64,000 bases of DNA from Candidatus Bathyarchaeota archaeon (lineage in GTDB: Archaea > Thermoproteota > Bathyarchaeia > Bathyarchaeales > Bathycorpusculaceae): positions 32,001 through 96,000 of the forward strand of contig CAWDYC010000010.1 in NCBI GenBank assembly GCA_963806535.1, read 5' to 3'. Of the stretch, positions 10,282 through 20,993 are shown piece after piece. The notes under the pieces are model-generated. The model did no database searches and was not told where the DNA came from. It saw only the letters and a list, made by a program, of their open reading frames with translations. Both the position numbers and the translations under genes were made by a program. The stretch's first letter is position 1, and each line of letters begins with the position of its first letter.

Positions 10282-11208
10282 GTGTTATTAATCGAAGCTA
10301 TCTTCATAGTGTTGGGTTTAATTGTTTTTGAGGTAGTCAACAGCATAGACAACGCTATTGTTAATGCACATGTTCTACAAACGATGGGGGCTCTATGGCG
10401 AAGACGTTTTCTTCTTGTGGGCATTGTGACATCTGTTTTTCTGGTTCGGTTTCTGCTCCCACTATTTATCGTCTGGATTTCAGTACCTAATATCTCGTTG
10501 AACACCCTTTTCGCCAGTTTTTATGGAGGAAACGACGTTGCAGCTAACGCCATTGCCACCCAAAAACCTGTCATCCTTATTTTTGGAGGAGTTTTCCTAT
10601 TGTACCTTTATTTTCATTGGCTTTTTGTGGAAAACAAAGACCCATTGTACATTGAGCGTTTTCTTAAAGCTAAACATGGAGTTTGGTTCTTCGGATTTAC
10701 TGCCGTTATTCTTGTAGTTGTTATGTATTTTGCAAGAGCAAATCCGATGATGATGCTTGCAGCCGCAATCGGCTCTGCAACATTTTTCCTTCTCAATGGG
10801 CTCAAGGAAACAGCTGAATCAAACGGAAAAAACGTCCAAACTCCCTATATGAGCGATTTATCCAAATTCGTTTATCTTGAGGTGTTAGATGCTACTTTCA
10901 GTTTTGATGGTGTCATCGGCTCCTTTGCCTTCACGATTAACTTGTTGCTTATCTTCATAGGGATTGGTATTGGCGCGGTTGTTGTTCGGCAGTTAACTGT
11001 TAAGGGGATTGATCAAGTTGGGAAGTATCGTTATCTGAAGAATGGGGCATTAACTTCAATTGGGTTCTTGGGTTTGTTTATGACTGTTGAAGCATTTGGC
11101 CTTGAAATGCCTTCATACGTGCCAATAATTGTCACACTGCTGCTGGTCGGCGTAGCGTTTTGGAAGTCAAGACAACTGCTAACCAAACAACCCAAAAAAC
11201 CAACCTAA
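10282..11208 (+). CDS. DUF475 (TerC-related, YkoY-like) integral membrane protein
   Basis: FEVVNSIDNAIVNA, FVYLEVLDATFSFDGVIGSFA and YRYLKNGA motifs. Confidence 0.88.
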   Translation: MLLIEAIFIVLGLIVFEVVNSIDNAIVNAHVLQTMGALWRRRFLLVGIVTSVFLVRFLLPLFIVWISVPNISLNTLFASFYGGNDVAANAIATQKPVILIFGGVFLLYLYFHWLFVENKDPLYIERFLKAKHGVWFFGFTAVILVVVMYFARANPMMMLAAAIGSATFFLLNGLKETAESNGKNVQTPYMSDLSKFVYLEVLDATFSFDGVIGSFAFTINLLLIFIGIGIGAVVVRQLTVKGIDQVGKYRYLKNGALTSIGFLGLFMTVEAFGLEMPSYVPIIVTLLLVGVAFWKSRQLLTKQPKKPT

Positions 11209-11296
11209 AACACGGAGAACAACAACTTCAATTTTGAAGTAAAAAATTTGATATGCATCTTAACACAATATAAACTCAAGCAAGGAGGCGAATTAT

Positions 11297-12661
11297 GTGG
11301 ATTTTAACCTGTATTACAGGCTTAGCGATGACAAGTCTAATTTAAAGGCTGAGGGGGAAGCGAAAGCTGCCCTTGACGAGAACTATTTGACTCTCACAGT
11401 TGACTTTGGCGATCCTCTTTTATTTTCATATGCTGACATAACTGGAATTGTAGATAACGATTACACGGTTGATATAACGTTAACCTCTGACGAAAAGCTG
11501 ACTTTGACGCGTTTAGGCTACCAATATGAGGATTTCTTGTTTCAACTCTTTAAACTCCGAAACGAACTATTGCTGAAATATTTGTTGATGCAGGAATCGT
11601 TACTTCTAGCAGGATTTGAAGGTCAATATTCATCGGTTTCCTCGACGGGGCAGACTAAAACTGGGCGGTGTGAAATCCGACTCTACGATACTGGACTGGT
11701 GATTCTTCCACAGAAAGCGGATCCGATTCGTACTCCGTACTGTTACATTTCCCAAATAACCAAAGGCGACTACAAATTATTGATAATCGACGAATTCGCA
11801 AATAAAATAGAGATCACCCAATTAGGCCCAAACTTCGACCCGCTATCAAAAGCCCTCTCAGAAGCCTTCAACAAAATGATAACTAGAACACAAGAAAACG
11901 TGAAGGAGCTGATACCAGAAGCAGATCCTGTTACCATACGAAAACTTGCATCTCTAATGAAGGATGGTCGAGCAGCAAAAAGAAAAGACATTGAATCGCT
12001 ATCATCCGAATTTTGGCATCGGCTGGCAAAAAGAATTGATGAAGCAAACCTCAAAACAGAATATGACTTCTTAGATTCTCTTTCAATGAAAGATCAAGAA
12101 TGTGTCGGACAAAAACGTGGGCTCATGGGTAATTTAACTGGTTATTACACATGGTTTCTGTTTCCTCTTCGCGTTCACAACCCAAATAGATTAGGCAACA
12201 TGGTTGCCATGGAAGCCTTCAACAATACCAAAGACAAAGAAAATCAAGTACAACAAGACACAACAGAAAACGAAGATACATCAGATGGCCAGCCGAAAAA
12301 CGAAAACAACGCAGCAACCACCACAGGCGCAACCTATCTCTTTCAAATTTTGGGACAGAAAGAGTATTCTCAAGCTAAAGATGAAGAGCTAGCTGGAAAA
12401 CTGGATGACTTCATAAAAAGTATTAACCGAGCAATGATTGATATTAACTTCAGAAGAGAACCAATTTACCTTTCAGATAACCAGCTGGACAGCACAAAAT
12501 ATGTACAATACCGCTTTGCTATTCAAAACATACCTTCACTTAGACTTCTAAGAAGTCTTTTTACTGCGAGAGTTGTGCACTCTTCACCTGAGCGATGGAA
12601 GAGTGACATCTCTAGTTTATTAGCTAATACAACCAAAAGCTTTGATGACAAAGAAAAATAG
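11297..12661 (+). CDS. uncharacterised protein with PH-like beta domains
   Basis: Long ORF after GGAGG; two beta-rich segments resembling bacterial PH domains (inference); INFRREPIYL. Confidence 0.6.
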   Translation: MDFNLYYRLSDDKSNLKAEGEAKAALDENYLTLTVDFGDPLLFSYADITGIVDNDYTVDITLTSDEKLTLTRLGYQYEDFLFQLFKLRNELLLKYLLMQESLLLAGFEGQYSSVSSTGQTKTGRCEIRLYDTGLVILPQKADPIRTPYCYISQITKGDYKLLIIDEFANKIEITQLGPNFDPLSKALSEAFNKMITRTQENVKELIPEADPVTIRKLASLMKDGRAAKRKDIESLSSEFWHRLAKRIDEANLKTEYDFLDSLSMKDQECVGQKRGLMGNLTGYYTWFLFPLRVHNPNRLGNMVAMEAFNNTKDKENQVQQDTTENEDTSDGQPKNENNAATTTGATYLFQILGQKEYSQAKDEELAGKLDDFIKSINRAMIDINFRREPIYLSDNQLDSTKYVQYRFAIQNIPSLRLLRSLFTARVVHSSPERWKSDISSLLANTTKSFDDKEK

Positions 12662-12677
12662 AAAAAGAGGACTTGAA

Positions 12678-13004
12678 ATGCCAGGTTATAAGCATCCTTG
12701 CAAATACTGCGGCAAACTCGTCGACGCAGACGATAATGTTTGCCCTTACTGCGGAAAAGTTAACCCTGTAGGACCTATCAGGTGCCCAAAATGTCGCAAT
12801 CCAACAGAGATTGGTCAAATCAAATGCAGCAACTGCGGTCTAACGCTTAAAATCAACTGTCCTCACTGTGGAAAACCTACTTTCTTCGGAGATTACTGCG
12901 AAAACTGTAACCAAAGACTCACTGTTACCTGCCCCAAATGCAAAACTGAGCAGCCACCGTTGCAACAGAAATGTATAAAATGCGGCAAAATGTTAAGCTT
13001 TTAA
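12678..13004 (+). CDS. multi-zinc-ribbon (DZR) protein
   Basis: Eight CxxC pairs; ATG at 12678 after GAGG. Confidence 0.8.
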   Translation: MPGYKHPCKYCGKLVDADDNVCPYCGKVNPVGPIRCPKCRNPTEIGQIKCSNCGLTLKINCPHCGKPTFFGDYCENCNQRLTVTCPKCKTEQPPLQQKCIKCGKMLSF

Positions 13005-13010
13005 TAGAGA

Positions 13011-13679
13011 ATGGATAAAATGTCACTCCAGCCTTTTACAAGAAATTATCAAGATAACAGCACTGATGCTGGTTTTCAATTTACTTTTAATTGCGATATA
13101 TGTGGTGATGGTTACAAAACAGCATTTATTGCAAGCAAAACATATAAAAAACGAGGCTTCTGGCGGGGCATAGGTCAAGTCGCTTCTATAGGTTCTGAAT
13201 TGGCCGGGCGAGGCAGTGGTTACACAATGCAAAGAGGCGCAGATGCCATGAGCGAAAGATTCCAAGGTATGACTCCAGAATGGCATAAGGAACATGAGCA
13301 AGCATTTGAATTAGCGCAAAACGAAGCCAAAGGCCACTTTCATAGATGCCCAAGATGCCACAAATATGTTTGCGAAGATGATTGGAACGAGCAAGAAGGT
13401 CTATGCGTTGAAGACGCCCCAAGGGAGAGCACTGAAGTTGCCGCTGCCCGAGCAGAAAAGATGGTTACAGACATAAAGCAAAAAGCCGAAAATACGCAGG
13501 TTTACACAGGTGAAATAACTCAAAGACAGACTCTCTGCCCAGTATGCGGAAAACCAGCTGGATCAGGTAAGTTCTGCAATAATTGTGGAGCGCCACTCGG
13601 TTTAAAAGTGTGCCCTAAATGTGGTGCGAAAAATCCGGTTACAACCAACTTCTGCGGTGAATGCGGAACAAAACTTTAG
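13011..13679 (+). CDS. zinc-ribbon domain protein with C-terminal double zinc ribbon
   Basis: GFQFTFNCDICG, CPRC, CPVC..CNNC..CPKC..CGEC. Confidence 0.8.
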   Translation: MDKMSLQPFTRNYQDNSTDAGFQFTFNCDICGDGYKTAFIASKTYKKRGFWRGIGQVASIGSELAGRGSGYTMQRGADAMSERFQGMTPEWHKEHEQAFELAQNEAKGHFHRCPRCHKYVCEDDWNEQEGLCVEDAPRESTEVAAARAEKMVTDIKQKAENTQVYTGEITQRQTLCPVCGKPAGSGKFCNNCGAPLGLKVCPKCGAKNPVTTNFCGECGTKL

Positions 13680-13731
13680 CGCAATTAAGACCAAGGCCTC
13701 AGCATTAACTTCAAATCTTTTTTTAACTTTT

Positions 13732-13851
13732 CTTTTTGGACTAATTTTGACTTTTCTTGACTTATTTTAACTTTTATTGGCTTTTTTTGACGCATTCTGA
13801 AAACAAATTGAACCCTAAACCACAAAAGCAACTCGAAATACAAAGAACAAA
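13732..13851 (+). repeat. dispersed repeat copy G: six T-rich 10-bp units + core
   Basis: CTTTTTGGAC TAATTTTGAC TTTTCTTGAC TTATTTTAAC TTTTATTGGC TTTTTTTGAC then ungapped core at 13792-13851. Confidence 0.88.
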
Positions 13852-13954
13852 TTTACCACCCTGCCCAGAACTCACTAGGCCATAATGCATTTCTTTTTCG
13901 ATATTGACAAATTATTAAAGTAACATTGCTCGTAATTGGCAGGTGGGATACGCA

Positions 13955-15760
13955 ATGTCAGCTAAACTTACGTTTTACGGAGGAGTCGACGAGATCGGCG
14001 GCAACAAAATCTTGCTCCAGACAGAAGATGGCTCTGTTCTTCTTGATTTTGGACGCAGAATGGGCGAATACAGCAAATTCTTTTCAGAGTTTCCTTCAAG
14101 CACGCAGCAAAAATGCGTTACGAGATATGCTTAGGCTGGGGATTTTGCCTAAAATCGACGGCGTTTACACGCCCTACTTGGTTGATATGACAGTTTTGTT
14201 TGAGAACGATAAGGTTAGAGATAAAGTTCCTTTAGGTGAAGCTTTGGATTATTGGAAAACCACAGATGTTTGTCCATGCAATTCTGAGTATCCTGCGGTT
14301 GACGGTGTTTTTGTTTCACATGCCCATTTTGATCATATTCAAGATGTCAGTTTCCTTGATCCCTGCATTCCAGTTTTCTGCACAGAAAAGACGAAGGTTT
14401 TGGCAAAGGCGATGACTGATGTTTCAGTCTCTGGCGTGGATGATCAGTACTTACAAAGTTGCTAAGAAAGTAACCATTAAACAGAAAGAACATTGTTTAA
14501 GACTCTGTGTCCGGGCGAATGCGCATGCTGTGAAGAAAAAGAAGCTGAGCACCCGATTATTGAAGATCCCAAAAACCAAATTCAAATTTACCTATGACAT
14601 TGCTCCTCAATATAGAACATTTAACACAGCTTCTGAAGGGCAGATCAAAGGCATCAAGTACAAGATGATTCCTGTTGGGCATTCGGTACCGGGCGCCTGC
14701 TCAATACTTCTCACCCTTCCAAACGGCAAACGCATCTCTATACACTGGAGACGTGAGATTTCACGGAGCAAATGAGGTTTCAATCGATGATTATGTTCAC
14801 TCAATTGGCGGACCAGTTGACGTCTTAATTACTGAAGGAACCAGAGTTAACAAAGAAGAGGTTTTAACAGAAAACGAAGTTGAAAAAGAAATCAGCGACA
14901 GACATTAGTCAAGCCGAAGGGTTGGTTCTCATAAATTTCGGTTGGAAAGACCTAACACGTTTCAACACTGTTTACCAAGCAACAAAAGAAAATAAACGAA
15001 CCCTCTTAATTTCACCCAAACTAGCATACCTGCTTTACGAAATGCACTTCAATTTTCCAACAGAATATGCAGACCCAAGAAAGATGCCTAATCTAAAAGT
15101 CTATTTGAAAAGAGAAGGCGACCTACTCTACTCAAAAGCCGATTACGACAAGTACAGCATGGGCTACCTACATTTTCATGGAAGAAACATTGCACAAGAT
15201 GACCGAAATATTGTACGTGTAGCCGAAAGACTTGGAGTAGGCGGCAACCCAAACAACCCCAAAAACCCCTTGCCAAAAACAAGCGAGCAAGAACCCTACG
15301 ATTACAAAGAGCTCTATGAGTTAGCAACCCATCACTTAGATAATGGAGTAAGAGCATATCAAATTAGGAAGAACCCCAAGCAAGTATGTTTTGATGTTTT
15401 CTTATTGGGATGCAAATGAACTCTTCGACTTAATTCCAATAGATAACAACGCGAAGACACGTGTATATTTCGGCTTCAACTGAGCCCTTCAATGAAGAAA
15501 TGGAGATTGACGAATCCAAAATGGTGAATTGGCTGGATTTCTTCAATATCAATTATGATTATGAAACAAAAGATAAACAGAAATTCTTTGTCAGAAGACA
15601 TGTTTCAGGACATGCATCAAAAAACGAATTGAAAGAACTGATAGACAAGATAAACCCAAAAACAATAATTCCCATTCATACAACCCATCCAAAGCTGTTT
15701 GAGGATATGTTTCCTGGGAGAGTAATTTTGCCCAAATATGCTCAACCAATTGAAATATAG
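13955..15760 (+). CDS. MBL-fold beta-CASP ribonuclease (RNase J-like), split by several frameshifts
   Basis: GGVDEIGGN, SHAHFDH, VGHSVPGA, YTGD, LITEGT and HVSGHA motifs in consecutive fragments. Confidence 0.8.
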
Positions 15761-15861
15761 AACACAAAAATTGAAGAATGCACTTAAGCGCTTGATTATG
15801 GAAAACCTTTATAACTTAAAAAAGTCATCAGGGATTCACTCCAACTCGAAGTGAACATAAC

Positions 15862-16771
15862 TTGAAAAAGATAATAGCCATCGTAATCATTGCAGCCTTA
15901 GTTTTAGCTGCGTTTACCATTGCTTGCAGGAAATGTAAAAGCGCAGTCTTCGGAAGTTACCGTTATAACTTACAGTCAATATGTTGCTCCCTCAACCGCA
16001 ACCATAGCATTGGCACCTGGCGATTTAATTGTGGTCGGTGAGGTACGGAATATCGGTGCAAACATTGTTGATAATGTGACTGTTCAAGGAACAGCTTTAG
16101 GCGCCAATGGACAGACTTTGGCTATAACCAGTTCGCAAGCATTTGTGTATTATATGGCTCCTGGTCAGAAAGCTCCTTTCTACCTCGATTTTACTGCTCA
16201 AAGCAGCTCAACTCAAGACCTAAGCTTGGGTTCCCTCAGTAACCCATGTTCTGGTAACAGTTACTTCCGTTCAAGATGTTAACCCAGCAGACAATATGCA
16301 GATGCAAAAGTTGCCTATGACATGAATTACACGGATAATTCAGGTCTTTATGTTGTTCGCGGAACAGTTGTGAATAACTGGCAACATCTGGTAGCTCAGC
16401 AACCTTGGGTTGTAACGACTTTCTATGATGCTTCTGGAACCGTTGTAGGTTTGAATTTCACTAATTTCTTAACCAGCTACGCTTTCACCTAATGGCGGAG
16501 ATCTGTTTTTATGCCGTTCCTGCTGACAACAATACTGCAATTAACAAGTGAAATAAAGAGTTATTCATTTCAAGTTGACTCATTAACCCTAACTAACCAA
16601 ACATCCCCCCAACGTCTACTCCAACCTCCTCAGGCTCAGCTTGCACCAACAGGGCAAATCCCAATCCTACCAATAGTAATCGTTGTAGTGCTCGTTGTAG
16701 TTGCTGTCGCCGCTTTGATGCTGTTTAGAAGTCGCAGAAAGCCGTTGCCGCCTCCGCCGCCAACTGAATAA
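15862..16771 (+). CDS. FxLYD-domain surface protein with C-terminal TM anchor, frameshifted
   Basis: TTG signal peptide at 15862; VVGEVRN...APGQKAPF; second domain around TFYDASG; TM + RRK tail. Confidence 0.65.
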
Positions 16772-16869
16772 ATTTTGCTTCACGAACCTGTTGATTTTTT
16801 CAATTAGTTTCTAAAATTTTCTCAATAAAATAGTTTTAAAAGTTTTAACAAAGTCAAGGTTATTTTTTC

Positions 16870-18225
16870 TTAGGTGCTGTGGAAATTTTCGAGTTGTATT
16901 TTATAGTTGCTCCGTTTCCAAATGAAGTCGTAGGCGTTATGTTGTGGATCTAAAGTGTCAATTGTTCCTAGTAATTCGTCGGGCACGATAAGCATAAGGC
17001 AGAAGTAGTCGCCGTATTGTTGACGGAAGCTTTTGAGTTTGTTTAGAAATTCGGATAGGTTGGCCTTGACGCCGTGCGGTTCAAGTAGAATCTTCCTGCC
17101 GTTGTGTGTTAATTGTGGCAAGAGAAAGTCTGGTTTGTAAGTTAATGAAACATCTGGATTGGTTTGGGGTAGGTAGAATTCCATGAATTCGTAGTAGAAG
17201 ATAACCTGTTTGTCCTTTAGAAACTCGTAGACATCTTTTTCCATCAGAGTGAATGCACCAGGCTCAATGCGTTCGCCAATCCGATTGTAATGATAAACCA
17301 CTGTTAAATAGCGCATAAGGGGCCCAAGTAACTCCTGATTTTTCTGAATAAAAAACCGCAGCGACCGCTCAAGAGAAATCGGCGTTAAATCGGAGTATTC
17401 TAGCCATGTACCCAAAATAAAAAAGGGAAAATCTATTTTAGCTGGGTCTTCGGGAAAAAGTGAACTTGCAAACTGGGTTAGTTTTTCTGCATCAGCATCA
17501 AATTCAGCAGTGTTTTCCCACCAGCTATCAGGTTTGTTTTTGCTGTTTAATTTGAAGGGTAAATTTTCGTCATTACTTAAACCTAGCGCTACGTAGACTC
17601 TGAATTTAGGGGTGGTAAGAGAAACCATCAAATCTTTTGGGTCAAACTTGAAAAGTCCTAGATCAGGCGAACTTCTTACCATCCAGCGTAGATACAGCCA
17701 GGACTTCGATTTATGCTGCTTATTCATCCTCTTAACAACGTAAGATAGGGTTTCAACAAAGTCTTTTGGTTTCCTGCCCCTTAGGCTTAACTTGGATGTG
17801 TAATCTATTAAATCTCCCTGAGCTTTCTTAGCGACAAATTGATTAACCGAGCACAACACCTCTGGAATTTCAGCTTTCTCTTTTCCTAAGCGGTCGAGAT
17901 TCTCTATTTTTCGTTCAAATTTGTCAACTTCACGCTTGAACTCCAGTGGATCCGCTATATTGTAGAGCTTGTGTCCGAACACTTCGGAAAGATGACTTAG
18001 CAATAACTGGATGTTTCTGGGGTTTCCTGTTAGCTGGTAGTCGCTAAGTGCGGCTGCAAGCAAAAAGTAGTGTGCCGCCTCTTTTTTTGCTTCATCGCTG
18101 TTTAATGGCATGAATGAGGGTTTAGGATGCAGATGTAGATCAAGCTCTAAATCTGTGACGGTACTGTATGTTTTGACAAAACTGACAATCAAATCTCTTA
18201 AGTCCTGAGAAACCTGAGTAGCCAT
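16870..18225 (-). CDS. DUF2400/HhH-like domain fused to a C-terminal PD-(D/E)XK-like nuclease domain
   Basis: KSWLYLRWMVR..PDLG and FPEDPAKIDFPFF; C-terminal YKPDFLL...LLEPHG. Confidence 0.6.
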   Translation of the reverse strand: MATQVSQDLRDLIVSFVKTYSTVTDLELDLHLHPKPSFMPLNSDEAKKEAAHYFLLAAALSDYQLTGNPRNIQLLLSHLSEVFGHKLYNIADPLEFKREVDKFERKIENLDRLGKEKAEIPEVLCSVNQFVAKKAQGDLIDYTSKLSLRGRKPKDFVETLSYVVKRMNKQHKSKSWLYLRWMVRSSPDLGLFKFDPKDLMVSLTTPKFRVYVALGLSNDENLPFKLNSKNKPDSWWENTAEFDADAEKLTQFASSLFPEDPAKIDFPFFILGTWLEYSDLTPISLERSLRFFIQKNQELLGPLMRYLTVVYHYNRIGERIEPGAFTLMEKDVYEFLKDKQVIFYYEFMEFYLPQTNPDVSLTYKPDFLLPQLTHNGRKILLEPHGVKANLSEFLNKLKSFRQQYGDYFCLMLIVPDELLGTIDTLDPQHNAYDFIWKRSNYKIQLENFHST

Positions 18226-18347
18226 ACCTCATAATTGTGTTTCTACTTTTAATTGTTTTTTGTATGGACAATTTGTTTTTGGAAAAAGAAATGAAAGTGT
18301 TTCCTAAGCTGATGAAATAAAGTCTTAAGATTTATACAGGCTTGATT

Positions 18348-18413
18348 TTATTTGCCTGTTTTTGCTTCATGCTTTGCTTTTTTGGCAGCATTCTTCTTTT
18401 TTAATGATGGCAT
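18348..18413 (-). CDS. 21-aa basic micro-protein MPSLKKKNAAKKAKHEAKTGK
   Basis: ATG..TAA read directly; BRE/TATA-like GCGAAAAGTCTTTTTAGC about 30 nt upstream; T-tract downstream. Confidence 0.5.
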   Translation of the reverse strand: MPSLKKKNAAKKAKHEAKTGK

Positions 18414-18576
18414 AGTCCTAAGTGTGTTGATGAAGCTAAAAAGACTTTTCGCCAATTGCAAACCCAGTTTCCCAGACTTAACGCTCATCCTCGGACTGTA
18501 AGCTAAAAGATTCTTGTTTTCGGAGCTAACTTTATGCTTTTTCGAACTGTTGTTTTCTTGGTTGTCATTGTGGGTT

Positions 18577-18786
18577 TCATATTCTTGAAAAGTATTCTAG
18601 TGGAGAATACCAGTAAATCGTTATAGATTTTTTGCAGTCTGGTTTTTGGCACTTATGATTCTTCTTTACAATTCTCCCATAATAACTCTCGCGCATAGGC
18701 TTCACAAGCGAAAATGCGTTATGCAGTTTATCCGGCGGGTCAACTTCCAGAATTTCAAAACAGAAGGGGCATTCAATAGTTGCCAC
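18577..18786 (-). CDS. small zinc-binding protein
   Basis: CPFC...CQKPDC; GAGGGTG RBS and BRE/TATA upstream. Confidence 0.65.
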   Translation of the reverse strand: MATIECPFCFEILEVDPPDKLHNAFSLVKPMRESYYGRIVKKNHKCQKPDCKKSITIYWYSPLEYFSRI

Positions 18787-18957
18787 AACACACCCTCACA
18801 AATAAATATATCAGTCTATGCTAAAAGATTTTTCGCATTGAAATAGAAGAGAACCAACGGTCTTGTTAGAGCTGAATTAATTAAGTGTTATTTTGGTTGT
18901 TGAAATTTGAAAGGTTAAGTTAATGAGATCGCAATTTTGTTGCTTTTTCGGCAAATT

Positions 18958-19050
18958 TTTTGGGTTTGTTTTTGGTTTGCTTTTTTGTTCAGGGCTTAAA
19001 ATCTTTGCAGGTAGGTTCATTATTAGACAAAATTAGGCATTCTTCGACAA
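18958..19050 (-). repeat. dispersed repeat copy H
   Basis: 70-bp exact inverted match to copy D; GAC/GGC/GAC at 19026, 19036, 19046. Confidence 0.9.
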
Positions 19051-19059
19051 TATGTTTTG

Positions 19060-19730
19060 GTGCCAGATGGATAAAACGGATAGGGTACGTCAATTCTTAG
19101 AGCCCTCCAAATACTATTCCCATATTTGAAGCAACCCAATAAGAATAAGAACTCTCAATGTGATAAGAGCCAGATTGAGCGTTAATGTTTTTCTCCAATC
19201 CTTAATTTTCTGACCCAAAAAATTATAGCAAGGCAGGTATAACACGATTACCCAAAACTAACCGTAAACATTGCCTACGGGAGAGCCAAACCATACGCTT
19301 TGAGGCGTCCAGACCCAAAAACCAAAGACTTTAGCCGTCGGCTCTAAAAGAAAAAAATCAAACAGCAGTAGAGGAAAACTAGCGGCAATCGCTATGATTA
19401 CTGAATTTTTGAATTGCGACTTCCTGTAACAAACAATAGCTAATATACATCAGCGCGGCCCAAGCAAAAGAAATATTTAGAGGCACATTTGCAACGTAGA
19501 CCAGAAAGCCTTTGCCATAATTGTATCTACAGAAAACTTCTTGGGATGTATATTCAAGCAGAATCCTCCAACCACCGCAGGCAAAAAGAAAGAAACCGAA
19601 CGCTTAACCCCTATCCGCCTAATAGAGAAACCAACCGCAAACGCAAAAAAGTGAACCAAATAACTTCGTATAAAACAAAAATCAGATGCTCTAAAGCTGT
19701 CTCCTAAATCTTAGACTTAATATTTCCAAA
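19060..19730 (-). pseudogene. disrupted CruF/DUF422-like (carotenoid hydratase family) membrane protein
   Basis: Manual translation: EYTSQEVFCRYNYGKGFLVYVANVPLNISFAWAALMY...DFFLLEPTAKVFGFWVWTPQSVWFGSPVGNVYG*; frameshifts plus TAG at the conserved Trp; ends approximate. Confidence 0.55.
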
Positions 19731-19845
19731 TAAACAGAGAACCTCAAAACAAGCGATGTTTTTATCCTCTCTAGTTTTGGCAGCATTGCATTTAACATTT
19801 TACAGATATCTTTGGGTTAGGAAAACTTTGGTGTGCGTTGGGATT

Positions 19846-20442
19846 CTAAACTGTTCTTTGTGCTCCAGTTAGCGCATACTGTTAGAGATTGATCCATTAA
19901 ACCTTGACAGTATTTGCAGGGAATCATTACAACTGTGCGTATAACTTCTCTTTGAACTGCAGCAGCCTGAACTGTTGGTGCTATAACTTGGATTTCGCAG
20001 GTTTGGCTTGTACGGTCAGGTCTTCCGTCTAGAGCGAGCACGCCTTTGATGGTCCAAGTGACTCTCGCGGTCATAGCCTGAACACGTTGGAGATGCTACA
20101 GCTGGAATGTTTACGTTGATTGGAAAGTTTCGGTTATCTCCTTTTACAAAATTTGTTGGTCCTGCAAGCGAAGGTTTCATAGTTACAGATTATGGTTGTT
20201 TCTTCAACTATCTTGGGAATAGAAGTTTTAAGGGCAGGATCGTAGACGTTCTTTAAAACTTTAGCTTGTTGAGTGCATAGAATTTCACATCGTACTTCCG
20301 TTGTTTGAAAGTCTTCTTGTGATTGTACATTGAGGTTTCCCAGTAGGCTTTCTCCTAAGGAAACAGAATAATTGGAAAGGTTCAAATGAACAATAGCTTC
20401 AGGAGCTGTAAGCTTATCTGTGAATTTCTTCAAGAAACACAA
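19846..20442 (-). CDS. SpoOM/arrestin-N-like protein with C-terminal zinc ribbon, frameshifted
   Basis: Fragments 20134..20442 and 19817..20074; WTIKGVLALDGRPD; CKYC. Confidence 0.55.
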
Positions 20443-20940
20443 AATAACACCTGCAAGTTGTTTTCCATTGATAATTCAATCTTTACCTTTTAAGATTTAT
20501 GAATATTAGATAAAACTTAACTACGATCCTATCGTGACAAAGGTAATGTCTATTAACGTTCTTAACTGATATCTTCAAGTCAGTTTTTGAAAGCTCTTCA
20601 AGACTTTTCTTTTGTCCAAATAACTTATCAGAATCACCATTAGAAAAACAAGTAGAATTGCAGCTAGAATAGTTGAGAAAATAGCAAGATAAATATCGAT
20701 ATATAATTTTCAGAAATATGTACCCATAAAAATTACTTACTGAACCAAAAACAAAAAACGCTTCTAAAGCCTAAAAGCCCAACTAACGGTTAAGCGATCT
20801 TTAGTTTTTTGGTTTAACGGCTTAATCTTCCTTCTCCCTTCGGAGAACCTTTACTTGGAAGAGACATAAATAGAGTTACAAAACTAAAAAAGTTAACTAA
20901 AAAAGCTTTGACGTCGGGCGATTAAACTTTTCTGTGTATT

Positions 20941-20993
20941 TTTTTCTTTGTGTTTTGGGTTATTTTTGGTTCGATCGGTTCATAAAAGAATGC
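20941..20993 (-). repeat. shortened copy I of the dispersed repeat
   Basis: Reverse complement GCATTC...AAAAATAACCCAAAACACAAAGAAAAA. Confidence 0.6.

Noticed and set aside
14000-18900. dif or terminus site where the repeat orientation flips
   Set aside because: No 11-6-11 Xer-type palindrome was seen; local gene orientation explains most of the flip.
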